Position numbers and translations under genes: made by a program. This document shows, in pieces, positions 35,314-47,379 of a stretch of DNA of 64,000 nucleotides. The stretch is from Parcubacteria group bacterium (GTDB taxonomy: Bacteria; Patescibacteriota; Patescibacteriia; UBA9934; GWF2-40-263), in contig JABMNZ010000026.1 in NCBI GenBank assembly GCA_013204395.1, forward strand, positions 13,421-77,420, in the 5' to 3' direction. A model generated the notes under the pieces. It made no database searches and was not told the origin of the DNA. It saw nothing but the letters and a program-made list of their open reading frames with translations. Position 1 is the stretch's first letter. Every line of letters begins with the position of its first letter.

Positions 35314-35829
35314 ATGTTTTCCACAAATGAATTAAGAGATCATGGCAAAGCTGGGGGCAGAGGTGAATGGAAGCGGATAGAGAAAAAAAATGCTTTGCAA
35401 TTTGAGATAACTGACGAGTTAGAAGAAGCTCAAGAAATTGTTGCAGAACTTCTTAGGTCCGGTGAAAAACCTGTGATCACTGTTCCAGATGAGCACATTG
35501 AGAACATAAAAAAGAATGGCATCCCACAGATTTCTCAGTACGACCGTTCTGGTATGGGTAAACATTACAGTGTTCTGGCTGGACGATTGGGGTCTGAACC
35601 GTATTTTAATGCCAAGGAGGAAAGATGGGTTGTGGTTATTGATCCAAGTAACCTTACTATTAGTCCAAGAATGACTGGTAAGGATGATTCATTTTACGGC
35701 ACGATTACAATTGATGGTCGTGTGCCAGCTGAAAGCATTACTGTTCTTGGTAAGTTTTCAAAAAAAACTTGGGCAGAGTATTCAGAGAAGAATGATAAGG
35801 AATCGGAGGTAGATAATTTGGCTGCATAA
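35314..35829 (+). CDS. hypothetical protein
   Basis: ORF, low GC. Confidence 0.35.
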   Translation: MFSTNELRDHGKAGGRGEWKRIEKKNALQFEITDELEEAQEIVAELLRSGEKPVITVPDEHIENIKKNGIPQISQYDRSGMGKHYSVLAGRLGSEPYFNAKEERWVVVIDPSNLTISPRMTGKDDSFYGTITIDGRVPAESITVLGKFSKKTWAEYSEKNDKESEVDNLAA

Positions 35830-35854
35830 AAAAAGAAGTCAATGGAAATTGACC

Positions 35855-36256
35855 TCAGCGCGTGTAGCTGTCACGACCTTCTCCAAAGACCTCCAGGGTC
35901 AGTGGGTTCCATCGCATGCCAATCCGTCCGGATGAGCCGTTGATGAGAACTGGAAGACCGAACATGAGTTGTTCGATGGCGTCGGAAGCTTCTGCGAAAG
36001 AGAAGTGGGTGAATTCCGTGTCGTCGCCGATAGGCACTATCTTGTGCCCAGATACGTGGCCAGTGGAATCAAGGATCACACCTCCACGACCATCGGCTTG
36101 GTAGCCGGCTAGTGAGAGTCGATCTCCAGTTGAGAACTGGCTCAGTACTCGAAGTTGATCCTTTCGAATCTCTTCAACTTCCTCCAGTTCACCTGTGGGT
36201 GCGGAGGAAACTTTGTCACGGTTGACGCCCGTGACAGTAATCTTAATCACTTTCAT
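35855..36256 (-). CDS. hypothetical protein
   Basis: ORF, moderately high GC. Confidence 0.35.
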   Translation of the reverse strand: MKVIKITVTGVNRDKVSSAPTGELEEVEEIRKDQLRVLSQFSTGDRLSLAGYQADGRGGVILDSTGHVSGHKIVPIGDDTEFTHFSFAEASDAIEQLMFGLPVLINGSSGRIGMRWNPLTLEVFGEGRDSYTR

Positions 36257-36355
36257 GACACCGTCCGGGTTGTGTTGGTTCAGTGGGCTGATGAGTATCT
36301 ACTAACTAAAGTATCTTGTCAATACTATGAGTAACATCCTTTTTCAGAAATCTAT

Positions 36356-37039
36356 ATGTTTTTAGAACTTTTTTTTGGATCACCGGCTATTGCGTTTGCT
36401 TGGGTTGCGGCGATTTTGATTTCTCTGACCGTTCATGAGTTTTCTCATGCACTTATGGCAAAGTGGCGTGGAGACCGTACGGCTGAGCGTGAGGGGAGAC
36501 TTACGTTGAATCCAATAGCTCACATGGATCCAATGGGGACCATTTTGATTTTGTTGTTTGGATTTGGGTGGGCTAAGCCAGTTCCTTACAACCCATATAA
36601 CCTAAAGGAACCAAAGTGGGATTCTGTGAAGATTGGGTTGGCTGGGCCAGCATCAAACTTAATAATGGCCATTGCGGCTGGAATTGGATTTAGACTTCTC
36701 GTTGGTGGAGATGCTTTGAGTGTATTTAATCTCCTTTCGATTTTTTTATTCTGGTTGATTCTTTTAAATTTATTTCTTTTGTTGTTTAATATAATTCCTG
36801 TGCACCCTCTTGATGGGTCAAAACTATTCTTTGCCATTTTTGATCAACCAAAGTACGCTAAAATGCGTCAACTTGTGGCAACGCGAGGCCCTCAGGTCCT
36901 GATGGTTGCCGTGCTTTTAAGCGCGTTTACATCACTTAACATCTTTTTCTTTATCTCAGAGCCAGCCTTTGGGATCTGTGATGCACTTACAGGAACAAGT
37001 TGTATCCGTTACTTTTCAGGAATTTTTTCATTGATCTAG
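36356..37039 (+). CDS. M50 family site-2-protease-like membrane metalloprotease
   Basis: HEFSHALMA (HExxH) in TM helix; NxxPxxxxDG motif (NIIPVHPLDG). Confidence 0.65.
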   Translation: MFLELFFGSPAIAFAWVAAILISLTVHEFSHALMAKWRGDRTAEREGRLTLNPIAHMDPMGTILILLFGFGWAKPVPYNPYNLKEPKWDSVKIGLAGPASNLIMAIAAGIGFRLLVGGDALSVFNLLSIFLFWLILLNLFLLLFNIIPVHPLDGSKLFFAIFDQPKYAKMRQLVATRGPQVLMVAVLLSAFTSLNIFFFISEPAFGICDALTGTSCIRYFSGIFSLI

Positions 37040-37098
37040 CTGTGGAGCTCCCGTCTTGACCAAAAAAAGGTCGGATGGTACGCTTCCGCCGAAAAATT

Positions 37099-37524
37099 AT
37101 GCCAACAGTAAATCAACTTATTCGAAAGGGTCGCAAGACAAAAGCTGTCAAAAGCAAGTCTCCGGCCATGCAGTACACCCTGGACTCGCTGCACCGTAAA
37201 CAAACTCTCCTGAAGAAGGGTAGTTCGTTTAAACGTGGTGTTTGTGTGAAAGTGGCTACCATGACTCCAAAGAAACCGAACTCAGCTATCCGAAAGGTTG
37301 CTCGTGTCCGTCTTTCAAATGGAACAGAGGTCAACGCTTACATTCCAGGTGAAGGTCATAATCTCCAAGAGCACTCTATCGTGATGATTCGCGGTGGCCG
37401 TGTGAAGGATCTTCCTGGTGTGCGTTATCACGTTGTACGTGGTGTCTTTGATACACAGGGTGTTGAGGGGCGTATGCAGAGTCGGTCAAAGTATGGAGTG
37501 AAGCGACCAAAAAAGAAAAAATAG
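37099..37524 (+). CDS. rpsL: 30S ribosomal protein S12
   Basis: [12 protein letters not shown]…. Confidence 0.9.
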   Translation: MPTVNQLIRKGRKTKAVKSKSPAMQYTLDSLHRKQTLLKKGSSFKRGVCVKVATMTPKKPNSAIRKVARVRLSNGTEVNAYIPGEGHNLQEHSIVMIRGGRVKDLPGVRYHVVRGVFDTQGVEGRMQSRSKYGVKRPKKKK

Positions 37525-37624
37525 ATCGTAGAAAGTAGAGAGCCCTGCTTTCTACTTTTATTTAATACATTCGTCGGAGTACCTCATCGCATGGGGGAAG
37601 ACTCGGCGAGGAACCGTCATAACT

Positions 37625-38095
37625 ATGCGAGGTAAGCAAGCCCCACGGCGCGTAATTACGCCAGACCCAAAATACGGTAACGTCTACGTTGCCAAACTTA
37701 TTAATTACATAATGCTCGACGGCAAAAAGTCTACAGCTCGAAAAGTTGTATACGATGCTTTTGAGACCATGGCTGAGAAAACGAAGACTGATGCCATTGA
37801 TGTTTTTGAAAAAGCCCTCAAGAATGTAATGCCTTCACTTGAGGTGAAGAGCAAGCGTGTTGGAGGGGCAAACTACCAGGTGCCAATGTCTGTGCGTGGC
37901 GAACGTCGTTACGTTTTGGCTTATCGTTGGATTATCACGGCAGCTCGAACAAAGAAGGGTCGTCCAATGGCACAGCGTTTAGCTGATGAACTCATTGCTG
38001 CTTCACTTGGAGAAGGTGATGCAATGAAGAAGAAACAAGATGTACAACGGATGGCCGAGGCCAACCGTGCTTTTGCTCATTTCGCTCGAAGATAA
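37625..38095 (+). CDS. rpsG: 30S ribosomal protein S7
   Basis: S7 signature. Confidence 0.9.
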   Translation: MRGKQAPRRVITPDPKYGNVYVAKLINYIMLDGKKSTARKVVYDAFETMAEKTKTDAIDVFEKALKNVMPSLEVKSKRVGGANYQVPMSVRGERRYVLAYRWIITAARTKKGRPMAQRLADELIAASLGEGDAMKKKQDVQRMAEANRAFAHFARR

Positions 38096-38104
38096 ACATT
38101 TTAT

Positions 38105-40192
38105 ATGGCACGTGAATATCCATTGGATAAGATCCGAAATTTCGGAATTTTTGCACACATTGATGCGGGTAAGACAACTGTTTCTGAGCGCATTCTTTTT
38201 TACACAGGCCGCAAGCATAAGATTGGGGAGGTTCATGAGGGTGGTGCAACTATGGACTGGATGGAGCAGGAGCAGGAGCGTGGGATTACCATCACTGCAG
38301 CCGCTACGACTTGTTTTTGGAAAGATCACCGATTGAACTTGATCGACACTCCAGGGCACATTGACTTTACTGTTGAGGTGAAGCGTTCTATGCGCGTTCT
38401 TGATGGAGGTATTGCTGTATTTGATGGTGTCGCAGGTGTGGAGCCACAGTCTGAGACTAACTGGCGCTATGCTGATGAGTATAAAGTTCCACGTATTGTT
38501 TTCATTAACAAAATGGATCGTACAGGAGCTGATTTTTATAAAGACTTAGATTCAGTTCACGATCGATTGACTAAGAGCGCATACGCAATTCAGTTGCCAA
38601 TCGGGGCTGAGGCAGATTATCTCGGTGAAATTGATTTGATTCGGATGAATGCGACCATTTATCATGATGACTTAGGGCGTGAGATGGAAGTGATTGAGAT
38701 TCCAGATGAGCACAAGGAAAAGGCAAAAGAGTGGCATGCAAAACTTATGGAGGCCGTTGCAGAGAATGATGAGGTGCTCATGGACAAGTATTTGTCAGGG
38801 GAAGAACTTCCAGTGGAAGATGTTATTCGTGTGATTCGAAAGGCCACTCTCGCAAATGATTTTATCCCTGTAATGTGTGGAACAGCTTTGAAGAACAAAG
38901 GCGTCCAATCACTTCTAGATGCTGCCGTAGCCTTTTTACCAAGTCCATTGGACGTGGAACCTGTAAAAGGACTTGATCCAGACGATGATGATAAGGAGAT
39001 TGTTCGAAAGCATTCTGATGAAGATCCGTTTTCTGCGCTTGCATTTAAGATCGCAGCTGACCCATTTGTTGGGAAACTTGCATTCTTCCGAGTGTACTCG
39101 GGTTCTGTAAAAGCTGGTTCTTACATTTTAAATTCCTCTACTGGGAAACGAGAACGTGTCGGCCGTATTGTACGTCTACATGCAAACTCACGAGAAGAAC
39201 TCGATGAAGTGTTTGCTGGTGAAATTGCTGCCATGGTGGGACTTAAAGAGACTTTTACTGGTCATACACTTTGTGATCCTGACCATCCGATTATTCTAGA
39301 GTCGATTTCATTCCCTGAGCCTGTTATCTCGATTGCTATTGAACCAAAAACAAAACAAGATCAAGAAAAAATGGGTGTGGCATTACAGAAACTTGCCGAG
39401 GAAGATCCAACGTTCCGTGTGCGAACAGATGATGAGACAAACCAGATCATTATTTCTGGAATGGGCGAACTTCATTTAGATATCATTGTTGATCGCATGA
39501 AGCGCGAGTTTAATGTTGAATGTAATGTTGGACAGCCTCAGGTGAGTTACCGAGAGACTATTAAGGGTGATGCTGAAGGTGAGGGTAAGTTTGTGCGACA
39601 ATCAGGAGGACGAGGGCAGTACGGACACTGTCTGGTGCGCATGGAGAAGTTGAAGCCAGGAGAAGGTGTCCAATTTGAAGAGGTTGTGAAAGGTGGAGCT
39701 ATTCCAAAGGAATACTTCAATGCTATTGAAAAAGGTGTTCGCGAAGCAGCGGATCGTGGTGTGCTTGCTGGATATCCGATACTTGATTTGAAAGTAACTT
39801 TATACGATGGAACCTATCATGATGTGGATTCATCTGAGGCTGCGTTCAAAATTGCAGGGTCCATGGCCTTTCAAGTGGCTGCAAAAAAAGCTGGTGTGGA
39901 TTTGTTGGAACCGATTATGAAGGTGGAGGTAAGTACCCCCGAGGATTTTATGGGATCAGTTGTTGGTGATTTAAATGCAAAACGAGGTCAGATTCAGGAA
40001 ATGAATGATCGGGTTGGTGCTAAATTAATCTCTGCATTTGTTCCACTAGCTGAAATGTTTGGTTATGCAACATCACTTCGTTCCATGACTCAGGGTCGCG
40101 CCAGTTACTCTATGGAATTTGATCATTATGGAGTAGTTCCATCAAATGTAGCTAAAGAGATTGTGGAGAAACGCGGCGGTTCGGGAAGATAA
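38105..40192 (+). CDS. fusA: elongation factor G
   Basis: [18 protein letters not shown]-domain motifs, 695 aa. Confidence 0.95.
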   Translation: MAREYPLDKIRNFGIFAHIDAGKTTVSERILFYTGRKHKIGEVHEGGATMDWMEQEQERGITITAAATTCFWKDHRLNLIDTPGHIDFTVEVKRSMRVLDGGIAVFDGVAGVEPQSETNWRYADEYKVPRIVFINKMDRTGADFYKDLDSVHDRLTKSAYAIQLPIGAEADYLGEIDLIRMNATIYHDDLGREMEVIEIPDEHKEKAKEWHAKLMEAVAENDEVLMDKYLSGEELPVEDVIRVIRKATLANDFIPVMCGTALKNKGVQSLLDAAVAFLPSPLDVEPVKGLDPDDDDKEIVRKHSDEDPFSALAFKIAADPFVGKLAFFRVYSGSVKAGSYILNSSTGKRERVGRIVRLHANSREELDEVFAGEIAAMVGLKETFTGHTLCDPDHPIILESISFPEPVISIAIEPKTKQDQEKMGVALQKLAEEDPTFRVRTDDETNQIIISGMGELHLDIIVDRMKREFNVECNVGQPQVSYRETIKGDAEGEGKFVRQSGGRGQYGHCLVRMEKLKPGEGVQFEEVVKGGAIPKEYFNAIEKGVREAADRGVLAGYPILDLKVTLYDGTYHDVDSSEAAFKIAGSMAFQVAAKKAGVDLLEPIMKVEVSTPEDFMGSVVGDLNAKRGQIQEMNDRVGAKLISAFVPLAEMFGYATSLRSMTQGRASYSMEFDHYGVVPSNVAKEIVEKRGGSGR

Positions 40193-40230
40193 TCAGGATT
40201 TAAAATAGAGCCCCATGGGCTCTATTTTTA

Positions 40231-40770
40231 TTACACGATATATAATATAGCTTTTCCTCGTTTTGATATTGGGATTCGTTCTGGTATCTCGAAGGCATTT
40301 GAAATAATACGTGTTCCCTTTGGAAGTTCTGTTTCTATTTTATCTCTTAGCTTTTCCATGGAATAAGGGATTTGGTATAGGAATACAACCGTAGTTTCAG
40401 ATAGATCTGCTTTCCACATGGATTGTTTCCTAATTTCCACTTTGTTGGCAATACCAGCAAGACTTACTTTCTGCCTAGATAATTTCACTAGTCCTGGATG
40501 AATCTCATATCCAATAGCTTTTGTTGCACCAGCTCTTGTGGCAGCTATTAATATTCGTCCATCTCCAGAACCAAGATCAATTACCGTATCAGTCTCTTTA
40601 AGATTTGCAATTGATATCATGTCCTTAACAATTTCATGTCCTGTTGGAACATACGGTCCACCACCAGCAATAATGGGAATAAACATACTTCCAAGCCAGC
40701 AAATTGCCGCGATATCTGTGGCTATGATAAGTGTAGCAAAGAGTAAAAAGAAGAATGTGATAGAATCCAT
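40231..40770 (-). CDS. class I SAM-dependent methyltransferase with N-terminal TM helix
   Basis: VIDLGSGDGRIL motif I. Confidence 0.55.
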   Translation of the reverse strand: MDSITFFFLLFATLIIATDIAAICWLGSMFIPIIAGGGPYVPTGHEIVKDMISIANLKETDTVIDLGSGDGRILIAATRAGATKAIGYEIHPGLVKLSRQKVSLAGIANKVEIRKQSMWKADLSETTVVFLYQIPYSMEKLRDKIETELPKGTRIISNAFEIPERIPISKRGKAILYIV

Positions 40771-40775
40771 ACGCT

Positions 40776-41795
40776 ATGAAAAATTCAATTCCTAAAGAAG
40801 TTCTTGAAGCTAATGATATAGGGAAAATCGATTCAGTGAAAGTTGTTACTGATGGATTGGTACATAAAACGTATGATCTCAAGACGGATAGGGGGCGGTT
40901 TATCTTACAGAGGGTTCATTCGGTTCTTGCAACTAAAGCTGTGTCTGCCGATTTTTTGGCCGTTACCAGTTTTCTTTGTGAAAAGGGATTCCCAACGCCG
41001 AAAGCGGTATTGTCAAAGTCTGGAGAAGTGCTTGTTCATAGCAGAGGAGATAAGTGGAGAATGCAAACAAAACTTCCTGGAAAGACATTTCATGTTTTGA
41101 ATGATCGAACAATGGCGTATGAAGCAGGGAAGATTTACGCCGACTTTCACAATGTTCTAAATGAGATCTCTTATAAATTTAAGGCAAAAAAACTTCTTCA
41201 CGAGACAGAGAAGATTTACAATAAATTTTTGGGGGAGATAAGGAGACCCAGACACACTTCATTTTTAGGTGATGTTGAAAAGGAAATTGAATTCATAAAA
41301 TTGGAGTTACCAACTTATTTCTTGCCGAATGATCTTCCGATTCGTGTCATTCATGGAGATCCAAAGATTTCAAATATTTTGTTTGATGGAAAAGGAAGGG
41401 CTAAAGCAATTATTGATTTAGATACCTGTAATCGTAGACCGCTTCTTGTTGAGCTTGGAGATGCGTTTCGATCGTGGTGTGGAAATGAAGAAGATGATCC
41501 AAAAAATAAGTTTTGCCTTCAAATGTTTCAGTCATCTTGGGGTGGTTACAAAGAGGGTGCTGGAGACCTTATGACAGATCGTGAAAAAGAATATCTTCCG
41601 CAAGCTATTGGAACTATTACTCTTGAGCTGGCGTGCCGTTTTCTGACAGATTATTTTACCGACAATTACTTTGGTTGGGATGATGGGAGATATACCTCTC
41701 GTAGAGCACATAATTTGGCTAGGTGCCGCGGTCAGATCAAGCAGTTTCAATCCTATAAGAAAAAGCTGTCAAAGATAGAAAAGATTATTGCTTAA
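40776..41795 (+). CDS. protein-kinase-like phosphotransferase (APH/choline-kinase family)
   Basis: HGDPKISNILFD (HGDxxxxN) and IDLD motifs. Confidence 0.55.
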   Translation: MKNSIPKEVLEANDIGKIDSVKVVTDGLVHKTYDLKTDRGRFILQRVHSVLATKAVSADFLAVTSFLCEKGFPTPKAVLSKSGEVLVHSRGDKWRMQTKLPGKTFHVLNDRTMAYEAGKIYADFHNVLNEISYKFKAKKLLHETEKIYNKFLGEIRRPRHTSFLGDVEKEIEFIKLELPTYFLPNDLPIRVIHGDPKISNILFDGKGRAKAIIDLDTCNRRPLLVELGDAFRSWCGNEEDDPKNKFCLQMFQSSWGGYKEGAGDLMTDREKEYLPQAIGTITLELACRFLTDYFTDNYFGWDDGRYTSRRAHNLARCRGQIKQFQSYKKKLSKIEKIIA

Positions 41796-42043
41796 AACAA
41801 AACACCCGGTCGCTTGGACCGGGTGTTTAAATCTGAGCATGGAAGTTCTGTTTCAGGCTTAACAGTGTTACTTACATCCTGTTCATCAACTTCTTCCTGT
41901 GCTGCACTGGCTCAGAATATCATCGTCAAGTATTAACATTGACTGAATCGCGATATCGCACAAGAAGACAGGATAGCAAAGATAGAAGATTATGTCAAGG
42001 TATTTCACCTATACTCCTTTAAACATAGCTCAAATTTGTCTCC

Positions 42044-42071
42044 TTGACACCAAACGATTATGGGCTAAAAT
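42044..42071 (+). promoter_or_regulatory. sigma70 promoter TTGACA-N16-TAAAAT
   Basis: 10 nt upstream of ATG 42081. Confidence 0.45.
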
Positions 42072-42080
42072 GCCGGCACT

Positions 42081-42560
42081 ATGAATAATAATTTTGAGCG
42101 CATTTTGAATCTTGTGAGGCGGACGGGGGATAAAATAGTCGTTTTCGAGAAGGAAACTGATTCAGGTTATGTTGTCATGGATATTGAAGAATATGAACTA
42201 ATGGTTGATGTTCAAGATGACTTGTGTGAGCTTGCTGGTCATGATCCATATGAAACAGGGGATGATTTTGAGCAATCTACAGATGATTCTTTTGACGACA
42301 ATGACTTGGAGACGAGTGGTAAGATTAATGTGTGGGATGTGATGCAGAGTGCTGGAAATGAGGGGGAAACATGGGATCCAGCTGATCTTACGGATAGTGA
42401 GCTTGTGGAGCTTGAGGAGCAGTACCAGGCATTTGCGAATCGTCATTTGCAAGAGGCTATTACTGAAACCCAGTCAAAAGAGGTGGAAAGTAAATCTAAG
42501 TCCAAAGATTCAGAGGATGATTTTGGAGAAGAATCTTTTTATCTGGAACCCGTAGAATAG
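42081..42560 (+). CDS. acidic hypothetical protein
   Basis: ORF with D/E-rich composition. Confidence 0.4.
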   Translation: MNNNFERILNLVRRTGDKIVVFEKETDSGYVVMDIEEYELMVDVQDDLCELAGHDPYETGDDFEQSTDDSFDDNDLETSGKINVWDVMQSAGNEGETWDPADLTDSELVELEEQYQAFANRHLQEAITETQSKEVESKSKSKDSEDDFGEESFYLEPVE

Positions 42561-42708
42561 TCCTGTTTTATGGTGTTAATAACTCGTGAGTAGAAGGCTT
42601 GCATCATTTAATACCCTCTGTTATACTGCGCCACGTCTCTAATTTGAGCTAAAAACAGTAAAAAATCGTAATTAATTTCGGGCAAAAATGCCCAAATCTT
42701 ATATCGTT

Positions 42709-43902
42709 ATGGCCGAAGTCTTTGAACGAAATAAGCCGCACGTGAACGTAGGTACAATTGGTCACGTTGACCATGGTAAAACCACCACGACGGCAGCCCT
42801 ACTCGCAGTTTTGAGTGCAAGGGGAATGAGTGCCCAGACAAAGGGTGTTGATGATTTGGACAAAGCTCCTGAATCTAAAGCACGCGGCATTACAATTGCA
42901 ACTGCTCATTGTGAGTACGAGTCAGATAAACGTCATTATGCGCACGTAGATTGCCCTGGTCACGCTGACTACATCAAAAACATGATTACAGGTGCGGCAC
43001 AGATGGATGGTGCAATTTTGGTAGTATCTGCAGCAGACGGCCCAATGCCACAGACACGTGAGCATATCCTTCTTGCCCATCAGGTTGGTGTTCCAGCCAT
43101 GGTTGTTTTTTTGAACAAAGTAGATCAAGTGGACGACCCTGAGCTTATAGATCTTGTGGAAGAGGAAGTTCGTGACCTTTTAAAGCAATACAAGTATCCA
43201 GGGGATGAGATCCCGGTTATTCGTGGAAGTGCATTGAAGGCCCTTGAAAATCCAACTGACCCTGAAGCAAGTAAACCAATCATGGAGATAATTGAAGCAC
43301 TTGATAATTATATTCCTGAGCCAGTTCGTGACACTGAGAAGCCATATTTGATGCCAATTGAGGATGTGTTCTCAATTGAAGGTCGTGGAACAGTTGTAAC
43401 TGGTCGTATTGAGCGTGGAATTGTCAAGGTTGGTGGTGAGATAGAAATTGTTGGTATTAAAGAAGAATCAACAAAAACAACCGTCACAGGTATTGAAATG
43501 TTCAATAAGTCATTGGACGAAGGGCGTGCTGGTGATAATGCCGGTATACTACTACGTGGAATTAAGAAAGAAGATGTTGAGCGCGGAATGGTGCTTGCAG
43601 CTCCTGGATCTATTACTCCACATACAGTGTTTGAGGCAGAGGTGTACGCACTATCAAAGGAAGAGGGTGGTCGTCATAAGCCATTCTTTAAAGGCTACAA
43701 GCCACAGTTCTACATTCGAACTACTGATGTTACAGGTGATGTGACATTGCCAGAAGGAACTGAAATGGTCATGCCTGGAGATACAACAAATCTTACAATT
43801 ACATTGATTCAACCAGTTGCACTTGAAGAAAAGATGACATTCGCAATTCGTGAAGGTGGTCGAACTGTTGGTGCTGGAATCGTAACAAAAATTATTACTT
43901 AA
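42709..43902 (+). CDS. tuf: elongation factor Tu
   Basis: [26 protein letters not shown]…; alternative upstream ATG 42688. Confidence 0.95.
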   Translation: MAEVFERNKPHVNVGTIGHVDHGKTTTTAALLAVLSARGMSAQTKGVDDLDKAPESKARGITIATAHCEYESDKRHYAHVDCPGHADYIKNMITGAAQMDGAILVVSAADGPMPQTREHILLAHQVGVPAMVVFLNKVDQVDDPELIDLVEEEVRDLLKQYKYPGDEIPVIRGSALKALENPTDPEASKPIMEIIEALDNYIPEPVRDTEKPYLMPIEDVFSIEGRGTVVTGRIERGIVKVGGEIEIVGIKEESTKTTVTGIEMFNKSLDEGRAGDNAGILLRGIKKEDVERGMVLAAPGSITPHTVFEAEVYALSKEEGGRHKPFFKGYKPQFYIRTTDVTGDVTLPEGTEMVMPGDTTNLTITLIQPVALEEKMTFAIREGGRTVGAGIVTKIIT

Positions 43903-43940
43903 TCCAGAGGAGGGATCCAGAGTGTCTGGATCCCTCCTTA
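43899..43940 (+). terminator. rho-independent terminator after tuf
   Basis: ggagggatcca-gagtgtc-tggatccctcc hairpin + T-rich. Confidence 0.7.
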
Positions 43941-43959
43941 TTCGTTCCTTTTTACGCTT

Positions 43960-44292
43960 GTGTCTGAAGAAAAAAAAATTAAAGACGAAAAGACCCGCAT
44001 CCGCATTAAGATCAAGGCCTATGATCATAAGATAATTGATCAAGCCACTCAGACGATTATAAAAACGGCTGAACGATCTGGTGCTCAAGTTGTTGGTCCG
44101 GTCCCGCTTCCGACTGAGAAGCGAAAGTATACCGTAAATAGATCAACCTTTGTTTTTAAGGACTCTCGAGAACAGTACGAGATCAGAGTTCATAAAAGGC
44201 TTATCGATATCACCAATCCTACAGATAGGACGATTGATGCGCTCATGAGTCTGAATTTACCAGCAGGTGTAGACGTTGAAATTAAAACTTAA
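43960..44292 (+). CDS. rpsJ: 30S ribosomal protein S10 (GTG start)
   Basis: S10 signature …[12 protein letters not shown]…. Confidence 0.9.
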   Translation: MSEEKKIKDEKTRIRIKIKAYDHKIIDQATQTIIKTAERSGAQVVGPVPLPTEKRKYTVNRSTFVFKDSREQYEIRVHKRLIDITNPTDRTIDALMSLNLPAGVDVEIKT

Positions 44293-44580
44293 CTTTGATG
44301 GGGTGGAAATTGAGAAGATTATGTTCACATGTCTTTTCAACAGCCACCCTATCAACAAGCGACCCGGAAACGGGGAAGATAGATCTCGTGTTACTAGACG
44401 CTGATTTTGGAGAAAACCTTCCTGTGATTAACGGATTCGCTTATGGAGACCTTCATATTCTAATATTCATTTACTCTCAATCTTTATTTTCGAGCCATTA
44501 AGCTTGATCGATTGTGAGCTAGGAGTCGGTAGAGGATTATATCTTCCTCTTTCGACTTCTAGCTTTTATACTTCCCTCAT

Positions 44581-45210
44581 ATGACATTCATCGTCGGACG
44601 AAAAATTGAAATGACTCAGCAATTCAAAGATGACGGAACTGTTGTTGCCGTAACTTTAATTAAGGCTGAGCCAAATGTTGTTACTCAAGTTTGTGATCCA
44701 ATAGACTGTGAACACAGGACTGTCCAGATTGGTTTTGAGGTTTCTTCAAAGTTGAACAAGCCTGAATCAGGGCACTTAAAAGATCTGCCGCAAGTGCAGA
44801 CTCTTAAGGAATTTCGTGTCGCTAAAGATGCGGATTTTTCACGCGGAGACAGTATTACCGTTGAATCTTTTTCTCCTGGAAATCATGTTGATGTAACTGG
44901 GGTTTCGAAAGGAAAGGGGTTTGCTGGAGTTATGAAACGTCATGGTTTCAAATGTGGACAGGCGACGCATGGAAATAAGGACCAGCAGCGTATGCCAGGA
45001 TCAATTGCTTCTTTTCCACAAGGTAAGATTATCAAGGGAAAGCGTATGGCGGGACGGATGGGAACTGATCGTGTGACAGTGAAAAATTTGGAGATCATCT
45101 CTATTGATCCTGCAAATCATGTGATTGCAATTAAAGGTGCCGTTCCAGGTGCACGTGGAGGTCTTGTTATGATTAAGACTCGTGAAGGAAAATTAGTATG
45201 GCAAGCGTAA
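44581..45210 (+). CDS. rplC: 50S ribosomal protein L3
   Basis: L3 signature. Confidence 0.9.
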   Translation: MTFIVGRKIEMTQQFKDDGTVVAVTLIKAEPNVVTQVCDPIDCEHRTVQIGFEVSSKLNKPESGHLKDLPQVQTLKEFRVAKDADFSRGDSITVESFSPGNHVDVTGVSKGKGFAGVMKRHGFKCGQATHGNKDQQRMPGSIASFPQGKIIKGKRMAGRMGTDRVTVKNLEIISIDPANHVIAIKGAVPGARGGLVMIKTREGKLVWQA

Positions 45211-45833
45211 CGCTTTATAGAATTGACGGAACACAGAACGGGGCTCTGGATTTACCAGATGCATTGTTCGGTGTGAAGGTTGATCCGGGATTGGTTCACG
45301 AAGCTGTCGTGGCACAGGGGGCGAACTCTCGCTCTGCTATTGCTCACACAAAGACACGGGGTGAGGTGCGTGGTGGTGGGCGAAAGCCATGGAAACAAAA
45401 GGGGACAGGTCGAGCTCGTCATGGATCTCGTCGTTCACCTATTTGGTCTGGTGGTGGAATTACATTTGGTCCTAGATCAAATCGAAATTTTTCACTAAAA
45501 ATGAACAGGAAGGCTCGTCAAAAGGCTCTTGCAATGGTTTTGACAGATAAGCTTGCGAGCGAACGCTTGGTGGCACTAGAGTCACTTTCTTTTGATGAAG
45601 TTAAAACAAAGGTATTGGTTGATGTTCTAAAGAAGTTGCCAGTTAACGGAAAAAAGACATTAATTGTAACAACTCCAGAGAATAAAAGCGTGTCTTTGGC
45701 TGCAAAGAACATTCCTTTAGTTGATACACTTCCTGCAAATGCCTTGAATGTGATCGATCTTCTGCGTTTTGATTATCTCTTGATAACAAAAGACGCTGCT
45801 GAATTTATCGGTGCTCACTATAATAGAACATAG
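45198..45833 (+). CDS. rplD: 50S ribosomal protein L4
   Basis: L4 signature; overlaps rplC by 13 nt. Confidence 0.9.
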   Translation: MASVTLYRIDGTQNGALDLPDALFGVKVDPGLVHEAVVAQGANSRSAIAHTKTRGEVRGGGRKPWKQKGTGRARHGSRRSPIWSGGGITFGPRSNRNFSLKMNRKARQKALAMVLTDKLASERLVALESLSFDEVKTKVLVDVLKKLPVNGKKTLIVTTPENKSVSLAAKNIPLVDTLPANALNVIDLLRFDYLLITKDAAEFIGAHYNRT

Positions 45834-45835
45834 AT

Positions 45836-46249
45836 ATGAGTCTTTTAAATCGATTCAAAAAATCTGATAGTGAGATACCTGTCAAGAAAAAGGCACTATC
45901 TGAAGCAAAGCTTCCTGATGTTCAGGTTGCAAAAAATAAATCAGTTAAAGCTGGTTCATTATCTGCCGTGACAACAGATGTTGTAGTAAAGCCTTTGGTT
46001 ACGGAAAAGACAGCTGTGCTTGCCAGTAATGGGAAGTATGTATTTGTGGTGAGCGGTGGAGCCAATCGTGTTCAAGTAAAAATTGCCATTAATGAAATGT
46101 TTGGCGTCATGCCGACATTCGTCAACATACAAAATGTGCGAGGAAAACGAGTACGTTTTGGAAAACGGCATGGAAAACGTTCAGATTGGAAAAAGGCAAT
46201 AGTTACACTTCCAAAGGGTCAGAAAATTAATGTCTACGAAGGCGTTTAA
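45836..46249 (+). CDS. rplW: 50S ribosomal protein L23 with ~45-aa N-terminal extension
   Basis: C-terminal 90 aa = L23. Confidence 0.85.
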   Translation: MSLLNRFKKSDSEIPVKKKALSEAKLPDVQVAKNKSVKAGSLSAVTTDVVVKPLVTEKTAVLASNGKYVFVVSGGANRVQVKIAINEMFGVMPTFVNIQNVRGKRVRFGKRHGKRSDWKKAIVTLPKGQKINVYEGV

Positions 46250-46254
46250 ACGAT

Positions 46255-47103
46255 ATGGGTGTAAAGAGATATAAACCAACTACTCCAGGACGCCGCATTT
46301 CAAGTGTGGATGATTTTTCTGATGTAACAAAGTCGTCACCAGAGAAAAAGCTGACGATTAAAAAAAATAGGAAAGCCGGACGTACAAATGGAAAGATTAC
46401 TGTTCGTCACAGGGGTGGTGGAGCAAAGCGTCGTATTCGTCTAGTTGATTACAAGCGCGATAAATTTGATGTTCCAGCAAAGGTTGCCTCTATTGAATAT
46501 GATCCAAATCGAGGAGCCAGACTCGCACTGCTACATTATGTAGACGGAGAGAAGCGATATATGGTGGCACCAGTTGGATTGAAGGTTGGTGACTCGGTAG
46601 TTTCATCAATGAGTAAGGGTGAGATTCAGACCGGAAATCGTTACAAGTTGGAGCACATTCCTATTGGAATGCAGGTGTATAACATCGAACTCAAGCCTGG
46701 AAAGGGCGGGCAAATTGTACGAGGTGCCGGAACGACAGCCCAGTTAATGGCGGTTGATGGATCACATGCAACAGTTCGTCTTCCATCAGGGGAGGTTCGA
46801 ATGGTGGCAAAGCTTTGCATGGCAACACTTGGACAGACCTCAAATCCAGATCGTAGATTGATTAGATGGGGTAAAGCTGGTAGAACACGTCTCCGTGGAA
46901 TTCGTCCTACGGTGCGTGGAAAAGCAATGAACCCTGTGGATCACCCTCATGGTGGTGGAGAGGGTAGAAACCCAATTGGTCTAAAGAGACCTAAGACACC
47001 AACTGGTAAACCAGCACTGGGAGTAAAGACACGGCGCAAACGCGCATCAGATAAACTGATTATCAAACGTCGAAAGAAAGGGCGATTTGTAGGCGGAAAA
47101 TAA
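46255..47103 (+). CDS. rplB: 50S ribosomal protein L2
   Basis: L2 signature …GGGEGRNP…. Confidence 0.95.
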   Translation: MGVKRYKPTTPGRRISSVDDFSDVTKSSPEKKLTIKKNRKAGRTNGKITVRHRGGGAKRRIRLVDYKRDKFDVPAKVASIEYDPNRGARLALLHYVDGEKRYMVAPVGLKVGDSVVSSMSKGEIQTGNRYKLEHIPIGMQVYNIELKPGKGGQIVRGAGTTAQLMAVDGSHATVRLPSGEVRMVAKLCMATLGQTSNPDRRLIRWGKAGRTRLRGIRPTVRGKAMNPVDHPHGGGEGRNPIGLKRPKTPTGKPALGVKTRRKRASDKLIIKRRKKGRFVGGK

Positions 47104-47104
47104 T

Positions 47105-47374
47105 ATGTCTCGAAGCTTGAAAAAAGGACCTTACGTCCACCCAAAATTGTTAAAGAAAATCGCTGCGCGAAAGCCTGGTGAGGGAGCACCCATTAAAACT
47201 TGGGCGCGTGCTTCTACTATTACGCCAGAGATGGTTGGATTTACCTTTGCTGTTCATAACGGAGGAGATTTTATCTCAGTTCGTGTTGTAGAGAATATGG
47301 TTGGGCACAAGCTGGGAGAATTTTCTCCAACACGAAAGTTTGTTCGTCATGGAGGTAAAGCTCAGAAAGGATAA
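47105..47374 (+). CDS. rpsS: 30S ribosomal protein S19
   Basis: S19 signature. Confidence 0.9.
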   Translation: MSRSLKKGPYVHPKLLKKIAARKPGEGAPIKTWARASTITPEMVGFTFAVHNGGDFISVRVVENMVGHKLGEFSPTRKFVRHGGKAQKG

Positions 47375-47379
47375 ACTGT

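Noticed and set aside
44295-44501. 68-aa ORF between rpsJ and rplC
   Set aside because: It lies in a region that is normally non-coding (S10 leader), has no RBS and no homology-like features; likely non-coding spacer.
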